Shown: positions 19,388-32,797, numbered from the stretch's first letter. The stretch is 64,000 nt of DNA from Gammaproteobacteria bacterium (GCA_035267785.1 DATFLL010000061.1:477-64476); one strand, 5' to 3'. Numbers and translations: made by a program. Notes: generated by a model not told the origin, from the letters alone.

Positions 19388-20626
19388 TCAGACCTCGATG
19401 CCTTCCAGAGCGGCGACCGTGTGGATGTCCTTGTCGCCGCGGCCCGAAAGATTGACGATGATGATGCCCTCCTCGCCGAGCTCCGGGGCGAGCTGCATGG
19501 TGTAGGCAAGGGCGTGGCTCGACTCCAGCGCGGGCAGGATACCCTCGGTGCGCGTGAGCTCGTGGAAGGCCGCCAAGGCCTGCTGGTCGGTCACCGCCAC
19601 GTACTTCGCGCGGCCGATATCCTTGAGCCACGCATGCTCGGGCCCTACGCCCGGGTAGTCCAGGCCGGCCGAGACCGAATGGGTCTCGATGATCTGCCCG
19701 TCGTCGTCCTCCATCAAATAGGTGCGATTGCCGTGCAGCACCCCCGGGCGCCCCGCGCACAGCGGTGCGGCGTGGTGGCCCGTGGCCAGGCCCTCGCCGG
19801 CGGCCTCCACGCCGTAGAGCGCGACGCTGGCATCGTCGAGAAAGGGATGGAACAGGCCGATGGCATTGGAGCCGCCGCCGACACACGCGACCAACGCATC
19901 GGGCAGACGGCCGGTCTGGGCCAACACCTGCTCGCGTGCCTCGCGGCCGATGATCGCCTGAAAATCGCGCACCATGGCCGGATAGGGATGGGGGCCGGCC
20001 ACGGTGCCGATGATATAGAAGGTGTCGTCGACGTTGGTGACCCAATCGCGCATGGCCTCGTTCAGCGCATCCTTCAGCGTACGCGAACCGGACTCCACCG
20101 CCACTACGCGGGCGCCGAGCAGACGCATGCGATAGACGTTGATCGCCTGGCGACGGATGTCCTCGGCGCCCATGTACACCACGCACTCCAGCCCCAGGCG
20201 CGCGGCGACCGTCGCCGTCGCGACGCCGTGCTGACCCGCCCCGGTCTCGGCGATGATGCGGGTCTTGCCCATGCGCTTGGCGAGCAGTGCCTGGCCCACC
20301 GTGTTGTTCACCTTATGGGCGCCGGTGTGGTTCAGGTCCTCCCGCTTGAGGAAGATGCGCGCTCCACCGAGCTTGCGGCTCCAGCGCTCGGCGTAGTACA
20401 GAGGCGTGGGCCGGCCGACGTATTGGCGCAGTTCTTCGTCCAGCTCGGCCAGGAAATCCGGATCGGCGATGTAGCGCTCGTAGGCCTCGCGCAGCTCCTC
20501 GAGCGGGCCCATCAGCGTCTCGGCGACGAATTGACCGCCGTACGGGCCGAAATGGCCGCGCGCGTCGGGCTGGTGTTCGTAGGAGGCCGGTTTGTCCAGC
20601 CTGGCTTGTTCAGACACGTTGTTCAC
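19388..20626 (-). CDS. trpB: tryptophan synthase beta chain
   Basis: [11 protein letters not shown] (PLP-binding Lys) and GAGQHG. Confidence 0.93.
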   Translation of the reverse strand: MNNVSEQARLDKPASYEHQPDARGHFGPYGGQFVAETLMGPLEELREAYERYIADPDFLAELDEELRQYVGRPTPLYYAERWSRKLGGARIFLKREDLNHTGAHKVNNTVGQALLAKRMGKTRIIAETGAGQHGVATATVAARLGLECVVYMGAEDIRRQAINVYRMRLLGARVVAVESGSRTLKDALNEAMRDWVTNVDDTFYIIGTVAGPHPYPAMVRDFQAIIGREAREQVLAQTGRLPDALVACVGGGSNAIGLFHPFLDDASVALYGVEAAGEGLATGHHAAPLCAGRPGVLHGNRTYLMEDDDGQIIETHSVSAGLDYPGVGPEHAWLKDIGRAKYVAVTDQQALAAFHELTRTEGILPALESSHALAYTMQLAPELGEEGIIIVNLSGRGDKDIHTVAALEGIEV

Positions 20627-21291
20627 CCAGATTGTTCGTTTCGCTCATGCGGTTCGCCGGCATTCGATGCCCGGTCCGCCTCGGCCACCGCTTCCGCGAA
20701 GGCCGCCATCCGGTCGGGGTCCTTGATGCCCTTGTCGGCTTCTACGCCGCCGCTGACATCGACGGCATAGGGTTTAACACGGCGCACGGCCTCACCCACG
20801 TTGTCCGGCGTGAGACCGCCGGCGAGGATCAGCGGACGACTCAGATCCGCCGGGATGCGTTCCCAGTCGAAGCGGGATCCCGTTCCCCCCGGTTGGCCGG
20901 CGACGTAGGCATCGAGCAGCAGCCCCGCCGCCTCCGGATAGCTGCGCGCATAGGCCGCCACGTCCACGCCCTCGCGCATACGCAGCGCCTTGATGTAGGG
21001 TCGCTGGAAACCGGCGCACGCCTCCGGACGCTCGTCACCGTGGAACTGCAGCAGGTCGATGCGCACGGCCGAGACCACCTCCCGGATGTAGGCCGCCTCG
21101 GCGTCGACGAACAATCCCACCACGCTCACGAAGGGCGGCACCGTCTTCGCCACCTCCACGGCCTGGGCGATGCTCACGGCCCGCGGGCTCTCGGGGTAGA
21201 ACACCAGGCCGACGGCATCCGCGCCGAGGCGTACCGCCTCGCGCGCATCGCGGGCACGTGTGATGCCGCAAAACTTGATCCGCGTGCGCAT
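20623..21291 (-). CDS. trpF: phosphoribosylanthranilate isomerase
   Basis: [37 protein letters not shown]. Its stop overlaps the trpB start by 4 nt. Confidence 0.88.
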   Translation of the reverse strand: MRTRIKFCGITRARDAREAVRLGADAVGLVFYPESPRAVSIAQAVEVAKTVPPFVSVVGLFVDAEAAYIREVVSAVRIDLLQFHGDERPEACAGFQRPYIKALRMREGVDVAAYARSYPEAAGLLLDAYVAGQPGGTGSRFDWERIPADLSRPLILAGGLTPDNVGEAVRRVKPYAVDVSGGVEADKGIKDPDRMAAFAEAVAEADRASNAGEPHERNEQSG

Positions 21292-21337
21292 CGCCCGCGT
21301 TCGCATCGGTTGGCCTCGCCGCTCAAAGCATCCCAGA

Positions 21338-22117
21338 TTACCAGACCGCCGATGTCGGCGGAAGCCGCGGTATCTGGAACTCAGGCGGATATTCGACCTC
21401 CATGAGGTAGAGCCCGTGAGCCGGGGCGGTCACCCCACCCAGGGTGCGATCGCGATGCTCGAGTACCTCGCCAGCCCAATCGGGTGCCTGCTCCCCGGCC
21501 CCGATGGTCATGAGCACGCCCGCTATGTTGCGGACCATGTGATGCAAGAAGGCGTTGGCCTCGATGTCGATGAAGACAAGGTCCCGGTCGCGCGTCACGT
21601 CCAGTCGGTATACCGTGCGTACCGGACTCTTGGCCTGACAGGCCAGGGCCCGATACGAGGAGAAGTCGTGCTCGCCGACCAGATGGGCGGCCGCCTCGCG
21701 CATCCGTTCCACGTCCAGGGGACGATATTCCCAGGCCACACGCCACTGGAGGAAGGTCGGGCGGACCGGGCGGTTGTGAATCACGTAGCGGTACCGCCGA
21801 CGCTGGGCGGAGAAGCGCGCATGGAAAGCCTCGGCGACCGTCTGCGCCCAGGTGACACCGACGCTCTTGGGCAGATTGGCGTTGGCGCCGAACACCCACG
21901 AGCGGCTGCTGCGCTCGGCCTGGGTATCGAAGTGCACGACCTGCCCGAGCCCGTGCACGCCAGTATCGGTACGCCCGGCGCAGGTTACCGCCACGGGATG
22001 GTCGGCAACCTTCGACAGCGCCTGTTCGAGGCTCGCCTGTACGGTTGCCACACCGCTCTGGCGCTGCCAACCGCAAAACGGCGCGCCGTCGTATTCGATT
22101 CCCAGGGCTATTCTCAT
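21338..22117 (-). CDS. truA: tRNA pseudouridine(38-40) synthase
   Basis: MRIALGIEYDGAPFCGWQRQ...GRTDTGVHGLGQVVHFD (catalytic Asp). Confidence 0.92.
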   Translation of the reverse strand: MRIALGIEYDGAPFCGWQRQSGVATVQASLEQALSKVADHPVAVTCAGRTDTGVHGLGQVVHFDTQAERSSRSWVFGANANLPKSVGVTWAQTVAEAFHARFSAQRRRYRYVIHNRPVRPTFLQWRVAWEYRPLDVERMREAAAHLVGEHDFSSYRALACQAKSPVRTVYRLDVTRDRDLVFIDIEANAFLHHMVRNIAGVLMTIGAGEQAPDWAGEVLEHRDRTLGGVTAPAHGLYLMEVEYPPEFQIPRLPPTSAVW

Positions 22118-22169
22118 CGTCCAAAACCGTTGGAAACGCCGGGCCTGCCCGGCCGCGCCGAGGATGTAC

Positions 22170-22847
22170 TCAGGGCAAAATCCAGAACGCCAGCCCCAGG
22201 GCCAGCGGGAGCAGCCACTGCCAAGGCGGCGGGGCCGCCAGGCGCGGCACGGGCGTCGGCTCACAGGGCGCGCGCTCGGCCCGCGCCAGGGTCTCCCCCA
22301 GCAGGCCGGCCGCCGCGTCGCCCAGGCGATTTATCAGACCTCGCCCCGAGGCCCCGCCCAGGGCCGCGCGCTGCGCCGCCAGGACGGGCCGCAGCTCGGT
22401 CACCGCGTCCATGACCAGCACAATGCGCAGGGCCAGGCGCTCGGGCGCCAGGCCCAGCCAGCGCGCCGGGGTGCTGGCCCAGTGCAGGGCCCCCAGCAGG
22501 CCTGCCCGCGGCGTGGTCGCCCCGAGCAGGCTCACCCCGAACACCATCAACGCCAGGGCGGCGATACGCTCCAGGCCAGCGACCGCGCCCTCGCGACTGG
22601 GCGCCGCCCAGCCCACGGCGTGCCAAAGCGGTGTGCCGGGCGTAAACCAGAAATAGACGATGAGAATGGACAGGAACAGCCAGCGCATGCGCCGCAGCAT
22701 GCGCCAGGCCGGTCCGAGTCCGGCGCCGCGAACGACAACGAAAAGCCCCAAAACCAGCAGTGCGCCGAGCGCGATACCGCCGGCCCCCTCCCGGGTCAGA
22801 AAGGCCGCGAAGACGAGGAAACAGACCAGGCGGATGACCGGATGCAT
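22170..22847 (-). CDS. hypothetical polytopic membrane protein (tentatively CbiQ/EcfT-like)
   Basis: 225 aa with about five hydrophobic helices. C-terminal Arg-containing coupling-helix-like segments (AQRAALGG, ASGRG). Family assignment is tentative. Confidence 0.45.
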   Translation of the reverse strand: MHPVIRLVCFLVFAAFLTREGAGGIALGALLVLGLFVVVRGAGLGPAWRMLRRMRWLFLSILIVYFWFTPGTPLWHAVGWAAPSREGAVAGLERIAALALMVFGVSLLGATTPRAGLLGALHWASTPARWLGLAPERLALRIVLVMDAVTELRPVLAAQRAALGGASGRGLINRLGDAAAGLLGETLARAERAPCEPTPVPRLAAPPPWQWLLPLALGLAFWILP

Positions 22848-22860
22848 CGAGGGGCGCAGA

Positions 22861-25800
22861 TCACACGATCTGCGTCATCAGCTCCTGTGCCTCCTGCTTC
22901 TGCGAGTCGCTGCCCTCTTCCATGACTTCGTCGAGGATGCTGCGCGCACCCTCCGGATCGCCCATATCGATATAGGCCTTGGCCAGGTCGAGCTTGGTGC
23001 CGACCTCGTCGAGATCGCCGCCTTCGTCCAGGCCGCCTTCGGCCGCGCCGGTATCGAAGTCGAAATCGATGGCCTGCGTCTGATCGGCGCGCGAGGAACC
23101 AATGTCGATCTCGGTATCCGAGCCGACGGGAAATTCCTCACTGGCCGGACTGCCCGTATCGAGCCCGCCGAGATCGAAATCGATCTCCTCCGCCTGTTCC
23201 TCGCCGCCCAGGTCGAACTCGAGGCCGCCGCCCTGATCCGCGGCCGGCTCCTCGCTCGCCGCCGGTGCACCGCCGGTATCGAAGTCCAGACTGAAGTCCA
23301 GGCCACCGTCGTCGCCACCGGTATCGAACTGCGGCTCCTCGGCGGACGCCGTCTCGGGCGCGGCCGCAGGGGCTTCAGGCTCGGTAAAGTCGAGATTGAA
23401 GTCCAGCCCGCCGCCTTCGTCCGGCGCCGCCTCGGCAGCGGCCTCGGTGGCAGTCTCACCGCCGCCCAGGTCGAAATCGAAGTCCAGCCCCGAATCCGGC
23501 GGCGCGGTCGTGGCGGCGGTCTCTGCGCCTCCGCCCTGCACTTCGTCGAGATCGAACACGCCCGTATCCAGGCCGATATCCATGACATCGTTGTTGGCCA
23601 TTGCAGCGGCCCCGGCAGGCGCTGCCTTGGCTGCAGAGGCGAACAGCGGGTTGGTGGGGGCGACCTCCGCCCCCATGGCGACCACCTTGGTCCACATGGG
23701 GTCGTTGTCGTTGCCGATATCGGCGTACAGATCTTCGGCCGTCTGTTCGAAACCGGCTTTGTTCTTCGTCGCGTGATACAGCTCGAGGAGCTTGAGCTTG
23801 AGCTCCTTGCGCTTGGGATCGGTCTTCAGGGCCTCGGTGAGCAGCTCCTCGGCCTGCTGATTGCGGCCGTAGGCCATGTACACATCGGCCTCGGTCAGGG
23901 GATCGACCTCGTTGTCCTCGGTCTGGATCGCATTGACGCCGCTGACCGCAAAGTCGCTCAGAAACGACGACTCCTCGCCCTGCGATGCGCCGCTCGCGGC
24001 GCTCGTCTCGGAGTCGGCGGCGCCTTCGCCGGTCAGGATGCTTTCCTGAAATCCGTAACCCTTCTTACGACGGCGGACGACGATGAGCAGCAGCAGCAGT
24101 ATGACCAGCAACAGGGCCGCGCCGCCCGCCAGGAGCAGCGGGCTGACCGACAGCGACTTGGTCAGGTTCTTTCCCAAACCGCTGGCCGTGTTCATCAGCT
24201 TCTTCCACCAGGGGATGTGGCGCGGAGGTGACGAAACCGGCGGGGCCTGATGGGCCGGCGCCGGTTCCGTGGCCTTCGCGCTCGGGGATCCGGGCCCCGA
24301 GCCTGGTGCCGACGGTGGTTTGGCGCCGCCTCCCCCGCCGGTCGCCTCGGAGGTTGTACTACCGGCCCCGGTCCCTCCCGTCGGACCCTGCGCGGGCGGC
24401 GCCGCCGGCGCCGCCGCCGATTCGGTCGGCGCGGTCGTAGACTCGGCGGGTGCCGGCGTCGCCGCGCCCTGCTTGGCCGGCGGCGCCGGTGTCGCCGCCT
24501 TCTCCTGGCGTGCCTTTTCCTGTGCCTTGAGCTGCTGCTGCAGGGAGGCCAGCTCGTCGTCCTTGAGCGAGATCAGCCTCTGCATATCCTTGATCTGCTT
24601 CTCGAGCTCCTTGAGCCGATCGGTCATCTCGGCATTCTTGCGCCGCTCGGTCGCGGCCGCCTCAATGGCCAGATTGAGCTGCTTGCGGGCCTCCGCCAGG
24701 TCCTTAACATCGGAGGCAGCCTTCAGCTTGGTGGCCTCCTGACCGGTCCCGGCGGACTTGCCCTTGCCCGACGGCGTCACCAGCTTAAGGTGACCCTTCG
24801 GCTCGCCCGAGCCGCCTTCGGCCGGGGCGCTTTGGCCCTGACTGGCGGTCACCATCGGCTGCTTGCTCGCACTGCCGGCGACCCGCTGGCGATAGTCCTC
24901 CCAGGCCTGGGTCTGCATCTTGAATTCATGCGCGGCGGCCTGCCTGCTCATCTCGTGCAGCAGGCTCGGATCCTGAACACGCAGCACGTAACCCGCCTTG
25001 AGACGATTGACGTTGTGGTCCTGGAAGGCATCCGGATTGCTCGCCAGCAGCGCCATCATCATCTGATAGACGGTCACATCGTCGGGGCGCATCTCCTCGG
25101 CGATGTTCCACAGCTTGTCGCCCTTTTTCGTGATATGGGTGATGGCCTTGCCCGACTCCATCGGCACTGGAGTCTCCTCCTCGCCGCCGATCGGGATGTA
25201 CGGCATCAGGCCGCGGTCCTTTTCGGGGGCCTGGGCGACCTGCTTGGCAGGGGCCGGTGCAGCCTCGGGGGCAGGACTCGGTGCAGGGGCCTTCTGCTCG
25301 GGCTGGGGCGCCGTCGGCGGCGGCATGGGCGCCGCCTCGGCCGTGGCCTTGGGCGGCTTCGGCGCCGGAGCCGCCTGCGTCGGCGCACTGGGCGGCACCG
25401 GCATCTGCGCCGGCGCCTGCTCGGCCTTCTTGGGCGCCGGCTTTTCCTTCGGGGCTTCGGTCCGGGCAATGGTCGACGGCGCCTCGGTCGTCGCCGGTGC
25501 GACCATCGTCGGCTGCTTGCGCATCAGGTTCGGCGGATCGAGCAACACCGTATACTCGCGCAGCATCCGGCCGTGGCTCCAGTTGAGCTCGAGCAGGAAA
25601 TCCAGATAGGGCTCGCGAATAGGTTGCCGGGAGGTGACGTGAATATAGTAGCTGCCGTTGGCGCGGCTCTTGACCGTGAATTTCAGCTCGTTGAGGACCG
25701 CCGTGCGGTCGATGCCCGCATTGGCAAAGGCATCGTGTCCGGCCAGCTTAACGGTCAGACCGGACACGTCCTGCGGGGTGGCCGACAGGAGGCTGATGTC

Positions 25801-25926
25801 CGCGTTCAGCGGTTCGTTGAGTGCGGAATTGAGTTTGATATTCCCGAAGCCCAAGGCGTAGGCTGCGATCGGGGATATCGCCATCAACGATACCAGCACG
25901 ATTAACAGTTTGCGCACCATCCTCAC
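22861..25926 (-). CDS. fimV: FimV-family peptidoglycan-binding protein (type IV pilus assembly / polar hub)
   Basis: 1021 aa. The N-terminal FimV domain has a signal peptide. It has a LysM domain (GDKLWNIAEEM...), a transmembrane segment (LLLAGGAALLLVILLLLLIVV), acidic GGLDFxLDF repeats and the FimV C-terminal motif LDLAKAYIDMGDPEGARSILDEV. The fimV-truA adjacency matches Pseudomonas. Confidence 0.9.
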   Translation of the reverse strand: MRMVRKLLIVLVSLMAISPIAAYALGFGNIKLNSALNEPLNADISLLSATPQDVSGLTVKLAGHDAFANAGIDRTAVLNELKFTVKSRANGSYYIHVTSRQPIREPYLDFLLELNWSHGRMLREYTVLLDPPNLMRKQPTMVAPATTEAPSTIARTEAPKEKPAPKKAEQAPAQMPVPPSAPTQAAPAPKPPKATAEAAPMPPPTAPQPEQKAPAPSPAPEAAPAPAKQVAQAPEKDRGLMPYIPIGGEEETPVPMESGKAITHITKKGDKLWNIAEEMRPDDVTVYQMMMALLASNPDAFQDHNVNRLKAGYVLRVQDPSLLHEMSRQAAAHEFKMQTQAWEDYRQRVAGSASKQPMVTASQGQSAPAEGGSGEPKGHLKLVTPSGKGKSAGTGQEATKLKAASDVKDLAEARKQLNLAIEAAATERRKNAEMTDRLKELEKQIKDMQRLISLKDDELASLQQQLKAQEKARQEKAATPAPPAKQGAATPAPAESTTAPTESAAAPAAPPAQGPTGGTGAGSTTSEATGGGGGAKPPSAPGSGPGSPSAKATEPAPAHQAPPVSSPPRHIPWWKKLMNTASGLGKNLTKSLSVSPLLLAGGAALLLVILLLLLIVVRRRKKGYGFQESILTGEGAADSETSAASGASQGEESSFLSDFAVSGVNAIQTEDNEVDPLTEADVYMAYGRNQQAEELLTEALKTDPKRKELKLKLLELYHATKNKAGFEQTAEDLYADIGNDNDPMWTKVVAMGAEVAPTNPLFASAAKAAPAGAAAMANNDVMDIGLDTGVFDLDEVQGGGAETAATTAPPDSGLDFDFDLGGGETATEAAAEAAPDEGGGLDFNLDFTEPEAPAAAPETASAEEPQFDTGGDDGGLDFSLDFDTGGAPAASEEPAADQGGGLEFDLGGEEQAEEIDFDLGGLDTGSPASEEFPVGSDTEIDIGSSRADQTQAIDFDFDTGAAEGGLDEGGDLDEVGTKLDLAKAYIDMGDPEGARSILDEVMEEGSDSQKQEAQELMTQIV

Positions 25927-26051
25927 TCCCTAAAATTCAGCCAGCCGGGCCCCGCCCCAAAGGACGGGGACCGTGCTGAAATCGGCTGTCCACACGCGGA
26001 CTTGGGTCGGCAAAGCTCGAATGCTCTTTATAAGAATGCAGTAACTATAGC

Positions 26052-27074
<1,023 letters not shown>

Positions 27075-27157
27075 AATGACTACATTGCCTCCAAAGATGA
27101 ATTCCGGTGCGCCGGGCCCCCGGTGCGCCCCGCCATGTTTCGTATTCGGGCGGCGAC

Positions 27158-28243
<1,086 letters not shown>

Positions 28244-28289
28244 TGCTTGATCAACCCTTCAATGCGTAAATAGGCGCGTTCAGCGCTCT

Positions 28290-28468
28290 GGAACAAACCA
28301 CAGAGAACACCGAGGCACAGAGAAGAGCGTCGCGAGCATATCGCGGAACGCAGGGCGGTGAGAATCACCACGACGTCAACGACACGATACCGTCTATCAA
28401 TGAACGATCAACTCTCTGTGTTCCTCTGTGCCTCCGTGTCTCTGTGGTTCGGTCCGACGTCACTGACT
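28290..28468. repeat. CACAGAG-arm element in the leuB-leuD intergenic region (arms AACCACAGAGAACACCGAGGCACAGAG / CTCTGTGTTCCTCTGTGCCTCCGTGTCTCTGTGGTT, about 100-bp spacer, then a CCGACGTCA box)
   Basis: Inverted arms and family similarity to 1313, 7357 and 29143. Upstream it abuts GCGCTCTGGAAC, the shared terminal motif. Confidence 0.7.
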
Positions 28469-29116
28469 GCCGCCAGGCGAGGCGAACAGCCAGGGGGCTT
28501 CCTGGCGGTGGCGCTGCTCGTAGGCGCGGATATCCTCGGCGTGCTCGAGGGTCAGTCCGATGTCGTCCAGCCCTTCGAGCAGGCGGCGCTTGCGGAAGCC
28601 GTCGACGTCGAAGGCGATCGTCCCGCCGTCGGGCTTGGTAATGGTCTGTGCCTCCAGATCCACGCTGAGCGTATAGCCCTCGTTGGCCTCCACTGCCCGG
28701 AACAATTCGTCGACGACATCGGCCGGCAGCACGATGGGCAGGATGCCGTTCTTGAAGCAGTTGTTGAAAAAGATGTCCGCGAAGCTCGGCGCGATGATCA
28801 CCCGAAAGCCGTAGTCGAGCAGCGCCCAGGGCGCGTGCTCGCGGCTGGAGCCGCAGCCGAAATTCTCACGCGCGAGCAGGATACTCGCACCCTGGTAGCG
28901 CGGCTGGTTCAACACGAAGTCCGGATTCAACGGACGGCCGGTGTTGTCCTTGCCCGGCTCGCCGTGGTCCAGATAGCGCCACTCGTCGAACAGGTTCGGG
29001 CCGAAGCCCGTGCGCTTGATCGACTTCAAAAACTGCTTGGGGATGATGGCATCGGTGTCCACGTTGGCACGATCCAGCGGCGCCACCAACCCGGTCATCT
29101 TGTCGAATTTTTCCAT
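28460..29116 (-). CDS. leuD: 3-isopropylmalate dehydratase small subunit
   Basis: [31 protein letters not shown]. Confidence 0.92.
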   Translation of the reverse strand: MEKFDKMTGLVAPLDRANVDTDAIIPKQFLKSIKRTGFGPNLFDEWRYLDHGEPGKDNTGRPLNPDFVLNQPRYQGASILLARENFGCGSSREHAPWALLDYGFRVIIAPSFADIFFNNCFKNGILPIVLPADVVDELFRAVEANEGYTLSVDLEAQTITKPDGGTIAFDVDGFRKRRLLEGLDDIGLTLEHAEDIRAYEQRHRQEAPWLFASPGGSQ

Positions 29117-29142
29117 TGGAGTTTTACCTATCGTTCGGATTA

Positions 29143-29235
29143 ACCACAGAGGACACAGAGGCACAGAGACTTAAAGAACATAAAATATTTTCTCTGTGTC
29201 TCGGTGTCCTCTGTGGTTTCTTCCAGAGCGTCGGT
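29143..29235. repeat. compact CACAGAG-arm hairpin element in the leuD-leuC intergenic region
   Basis: AACCACAGAGGACACAGAGGCACAGAG, then a 25-nt AT-rich loop, then CTCTGTGTCTCGGTGTCCTCTGTGGTT, followed by TCTTCCAGAGCG. Confidence 0.75.
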
Positions 29236-29240
29236 GACGC

Positions 29241-30647
29241 TTAAACCAGCTCGCGCACGTCGGTGAAGTGGCCGGTGACTGCCGCGGCGGCAGCCATGGC
29301 CGGGCTGACCAGGTGGGTGCGCCCGCCCTGGCCCTGGCGACCTTCGAAGTTGCGGTTCGAGGTCGAGGCGCAGCGCTCGCCCGGCTCGAGGCGGTCGGCG
29401 TTCATCGCCAGGCACATGGAACAGCCCGGCTCGCGCCATTCGAAGCCGGCCTCGAGGAACACGCGGTCCAGCCCCTCCGCCTCGGCCTGCTTCTTGACCA
29501 GGCCCGAGCCCGGCACGACCATGGCGAGCTTGATGCCATCGGCGATCTTGCGCCCCTTGACCACGGCGGCCGCGGCACGCAGGTCTTCGATGCGCGAGTT
29601 GGTGCACGAGCCGATGAAGACCTTGTCCGGGCGGATGTCGGCGATCGGCGTATTCGGCACCAGGTCCATATACTTCAAGGCATGTCGCATGCCCTCGCGG
29701 CGCACGGGATCGCCCTCCTTGTCCGGATCCGGCACGCGCCCGTCCACCGGGGCCACCATTTCCGGCGAAGTACCCCAGCTCACCTGCGGCCTGATCGAGG
29801 CCGCGTCGATGTGCACGACGCGGTCGAACTGCGCATCGGCATCGCTGTGCAGGTCGCGCCAGGCGGCGACCGCCTTGTCCCACAGCTCGCCCTTGGGCGC
29901 GTAGGGACGGTCGCGCAGGTAGTCGATGGTCTTGTCGTCAACGGCCACCATGCCCGCCCGCGCGCCGGCCTCGATCGTCATGTTGCACACGGTCATGCGC
30001 CCCTCGACCGACAGCGCGCGAATAGCATCGCCGCCGAATTCGATGGCATAGCCCGTGCCGCCCGCGGTGCCGATCCCGCCGATGATGGCCAGCACGATGT
30101 CCTTGGCGGTCACACCGTGGCCGACCTGGCCGTCGATGCTGATCAGCATGGACTTGGACTTGCTCTGCACGAGGCATTGGGTGGCCAGCACGTGCTCGAC
30201 CTCGGAGGTGCCGATACCGAACGCCAACGCGCCGAAGGCGCCGTGGGTGGAAGTGTGCGAATCGCCGCAGACCACGGTCATGCCGGGCAGCGTCGCGCCC
30301 TGCTCCGGGCCGATGACGTGCACGATGCCCTGGCGCGGGTCGTCCATATGGAATTCGGTGATGCCGAACACGCGGCAGTTCTCGTCCAACGTCTCGACCT
30401 GCAGGCGCGAGACCGGATCGGCAATGCCGTGGCTGCGATCCGTGGTCGGCACGTTGTGATCGGGCGTGGCGAGATTGGCGTCCACGCGCCACGGCTGGCG
30501 TGCCGCCAGCCGAAGCCCCTCGAAGGCCTGCGGCGAAGTCACCTCATGGACGAGGTGGCGATCTATATATAGGAGCGCCGTCCCATCGGGATCGCTGCGC
30601 ACCACGTGCGCATCCCAGATCTTGTCGTAGAGGGTCTTGCCCGCCAT
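29241..30647 (-). CDS. leuC: 3-isopropylmalate dehydratase large subunit
   Basis: [16 protein letters not shown]... aconitase family with the cluster cysteines. Confidence 0.93.
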   Translation of the reverse strand: MAGKTLYDKIWDAHVVRSDPDGTALLYIDRHLVHEVTSPQAFEGLRLAARQPWRVDANLATPDHNVPTTDRSHGIADPVSRLQVETLDENCRVFGITEFHMDDPRQGIVHVIGPEQGATLPGMTVVCGDSHTSTHGAFGALAFGIGTSEVEHVLATQCLVQSKSKSMLISIDGQVGHGVTAKDIVLAIIGGIGTAGGTGYAIEFGGDAIRALSVEGRMTVCNMTIEAGARAGMVAVDDKTIDYLRDRPYAPKGELWDKAVAAWRDLHSDADAQFDRVVHIDAASIRPQVSWGTSPEMVAPVDGRVPDPDKEGDPVRREGMRHALKYMDLVPNTPIADIRPDKVFIGSCTNSRIEDLRAAAAVVKGRKIADGIKLAMVVPGSGLVKKQAEAEGLDRVFLEAGFEWREPGCSMCLAMNADRLEPGERCASTSNRNFEGRQGQGGRTHLVSPAMAAAAAVTGHFTDVRELV

Positions 30648-30729
30648 ATCTGCATCCTCGGTTATCGCTCGCCTGCCATCGTAGGATCGGGCGACACATA
30701 ACACAAATTCATATTTTTCATATAAACTA

Positions 30730-30742
30730 TTCTATTACAGAA
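30730..30742 (+). promoter_or_regulatory. LysR-type T-N11-A dyad (TTCTATTACAGAA) in the AT-rich leuC/LysR divergent promoter region
   Basis: Palindrome TTCT-ATTAC-AGAA sitting 20 nt upstream of the LysR start within a 60-bp AT-rich stretch. Confidence 0.45.
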
Positions 30743-30763
30743 TATCTAATCCGTGACCCATCG

Positions 30764-31681
30764 ATGGATATCGCCAGCCTCCAGGCCTTTATTGCCGTCG
30801 CCAAGACCGGGTCGTTCTCCTCGGCGGCCGAGGACCTCTTCCTCACCCAACCGGCGGTGAGCAAGCGCATCGCCGGCCTGGAGGATGAGCTCGGGGCGCG
30901 GCTGTTCGACCGGATAGGGCGGCGCACCGACCTGACCGAGGCCGGGCGGGCGCTGCTGCCCCGGGCCGAGCGCGTTGTAGCCGAGTTGGAAGACAGCCGG
31001 CGGGCGATTTCCAATCTGGCTGATGAAGTCACCGGCCGCCTCAGCATCGGCACCAGCCATCATATCGGGCTGCACCGCCTGCCGCCGATCCTGCGCGCCT
31101 ACACGCGCGGCTTCCCGGAGGTGGAGCTCGACCTGCACTTCATGGACTCCGAAGCCGCCTGCCAGGCGGTCGAACGCGGCGAGCTGGAACTGGGCATCGT
31201 GACCCTCCCCCTGGAACCGGCGCCCGTCCTGGAAGTGGTGGAGATCTGGCCCGATCCCCTGGACGTGGTGGTCGGTCCCGAACACCCCCTGGCAGGTAGC
31301 GCCCGCGTCCCGATCGAGCGCCTGAGCGACTACCCCGCTATCCTGCCCGCACGCGGCACCTACACACGCGAGGTCATGGAGCGGGCCTTCGCACCCAGTG
31401 GCGTCAATCTCCGCGTGGGGATGTCGACCAATTACCTGGAGACCATCAAGATGCTCGTGGCCGTGGGCCTGGGCTGGAGCATTCTGCCGCGCACCATGCT
31501 CGATGCCGACCTCTTGGCGCTGCGGGTCCCCGGCCTGCAATTGAGCCGGCGTCTGGGCACGGTGCGCCACCATGCCCGCACCCTGTCCAACGCCGCACGC
31601 GCCCTGATCGCACTGCTGGAGACCACCGCCCACGAGCCGTCCCCTCGACCCGGCAAGCCGAAGGCTCAGAATCCCAAGTAG
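30764..31681 (+). CDS. LysR-family transcriptional regulator (divergent from leuCDB)
   Basis: MDIASLQAFIAVAKTGSFSSAAEDLFLTQPAVSKRIAGLE (HTH). About 305 aa. Confidence 0.88.
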   Translation: MDIASLQAFIAVAKTGSFSSAAEDLFLTQPAVSKRIAGLEDELGARLFDRIGRRTDLTEAGRALLPRAERVVAELEDSRRAISNLADEVTGRLSIGTSHHIGLHRLPPILRAYTRGFPEVELDLHFMDSEAACQAVERGELELGIVTLPLEPAPVLEVVEIWPDPLDVVVGPEHPLAGSARVPIERLSDYPAILPARGTYTREVMERAFAPSGVNLRVGMSTNYLETIKMLVAVGLGWSILPRTMLDADLLALRVPGLQLSRRLGTVRHHARTLSNAARALIALLETTAHEPSPRPGKPKAQNPK

Positions 31682-32797
31682 ATTCCCACGCCGGCATAAC
31701 TGATGCGCTCATCGTAGAACTGGCCGTGGGGCGCGTACCCCTTGTAGCCCTCGAGCATCACACGAAGACGCCGGCGCCCGGGATGCGCCGCCCCGAAGGC
31801 CAGACCGAACTTGGCGCTGACATCGGCGGCCCAGTCGTGTTCCTCCCACGACTTGATGTCGATCCCGCCGACCCAGCGCCCACTCTTCCAGACGGGCCGC
31901 TCGCCGTGGAATTCCACGCCGCCGTGAAAGGCCGCCGGCTTGAGGTCCGCGGGGTCGCGGTGAAACAGGTACTCGCCGCCCGCATAGAAGCGCCATGGCA
32001 GCCAATCGCGCGAGTACATCAGCTCCAGCGACTCGAAGCTGAGATTGATGCGCTCGGGCTGGGCGCGCAGCAGAAACTCATCACCCAGGTGCGAGCTCTG
32101 GTGATACACGCGCAGGCGCGCAGCATCGCGTCCGTTGCGGTAGGTCAGCTGAGCGCCGATGGTGTAATCGGCGTTGATGAGGTCGTGGGACGGGGCATCG
32201 AGATTGAACTGCGCGAACAAACCGCCCGTGATACTGAGCTGCAGCCCGTCGCCCGGCCGCTTGCCCGCGCGCCGCGCCAGCCCGAAGGTCTCTCCGTAGC
32301 CCACGGCGGCGACATTGGCGTTCTCCGCTGGGGTATTGTAGTAACGGTAACTGACGAAGAACTGCGGCTGCTTGGGATCGGCCAGCAGTGGCCAGAACAA
32401 GTCGCCGACCGGAAAGGGCACCGTGTCGGGACTGAGGCCGAGGAAACTGTAGATCTCTTCGCGCGTCGTCGGCTCTTTGGCCGGCGGTGCAGGCGCACCC
32501 TCGCTCGGCGCCTTCGGCGCGGCGCCGGCCTCGCGGATCTCCACGCCCTGCAGACCCTCCAGCTCGATAGGGTGCGAATCGATCCATGCCTGATGCGCCT
32601 GGACGTCGGTACGCAGCTCGATGATCGCCACGCCGTGATCCATCTCCAGCGAATAGCTGTCGCGCGACCACCCCCACTGCTGCTCGATGATGGCCGTAAT
32701 GGCCCCGGCCAGGAACGCGTCGCTGGAACGGTCCACGGCCGCGCCGTGGCTCACTGATAACGGAGCGAGCAAAAACAGTACGCAAACCCAAAGACGC
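31666..32797 (-). CDS. DUF1207-family protein with signal peptide (predicted outer-membrane-associated)
   Basis: MRLWVCVLFLLAPLSVSHGAAV signal. C-terminal portion is beta-rich and aromatic-rich. Confidence 0.6.

Noticed and set aside
18242-20770. 842-aa plus-strand ORF
   Set aside because: It lies antisense to trpA and trpB, which are clearly real. It is a typical long spurious antisense ORF.
22660-25905. 523-aa and 551-aa plus-strand ORFs
   Set aside because: They lie antisense to fimV. They are repetitive and R/G-rich.
25927-26051. Intrinsic terminator after asd
   Set aside because: The GC stretch CCCCGCCCC...GGGGACCG does not form a convincing stem.
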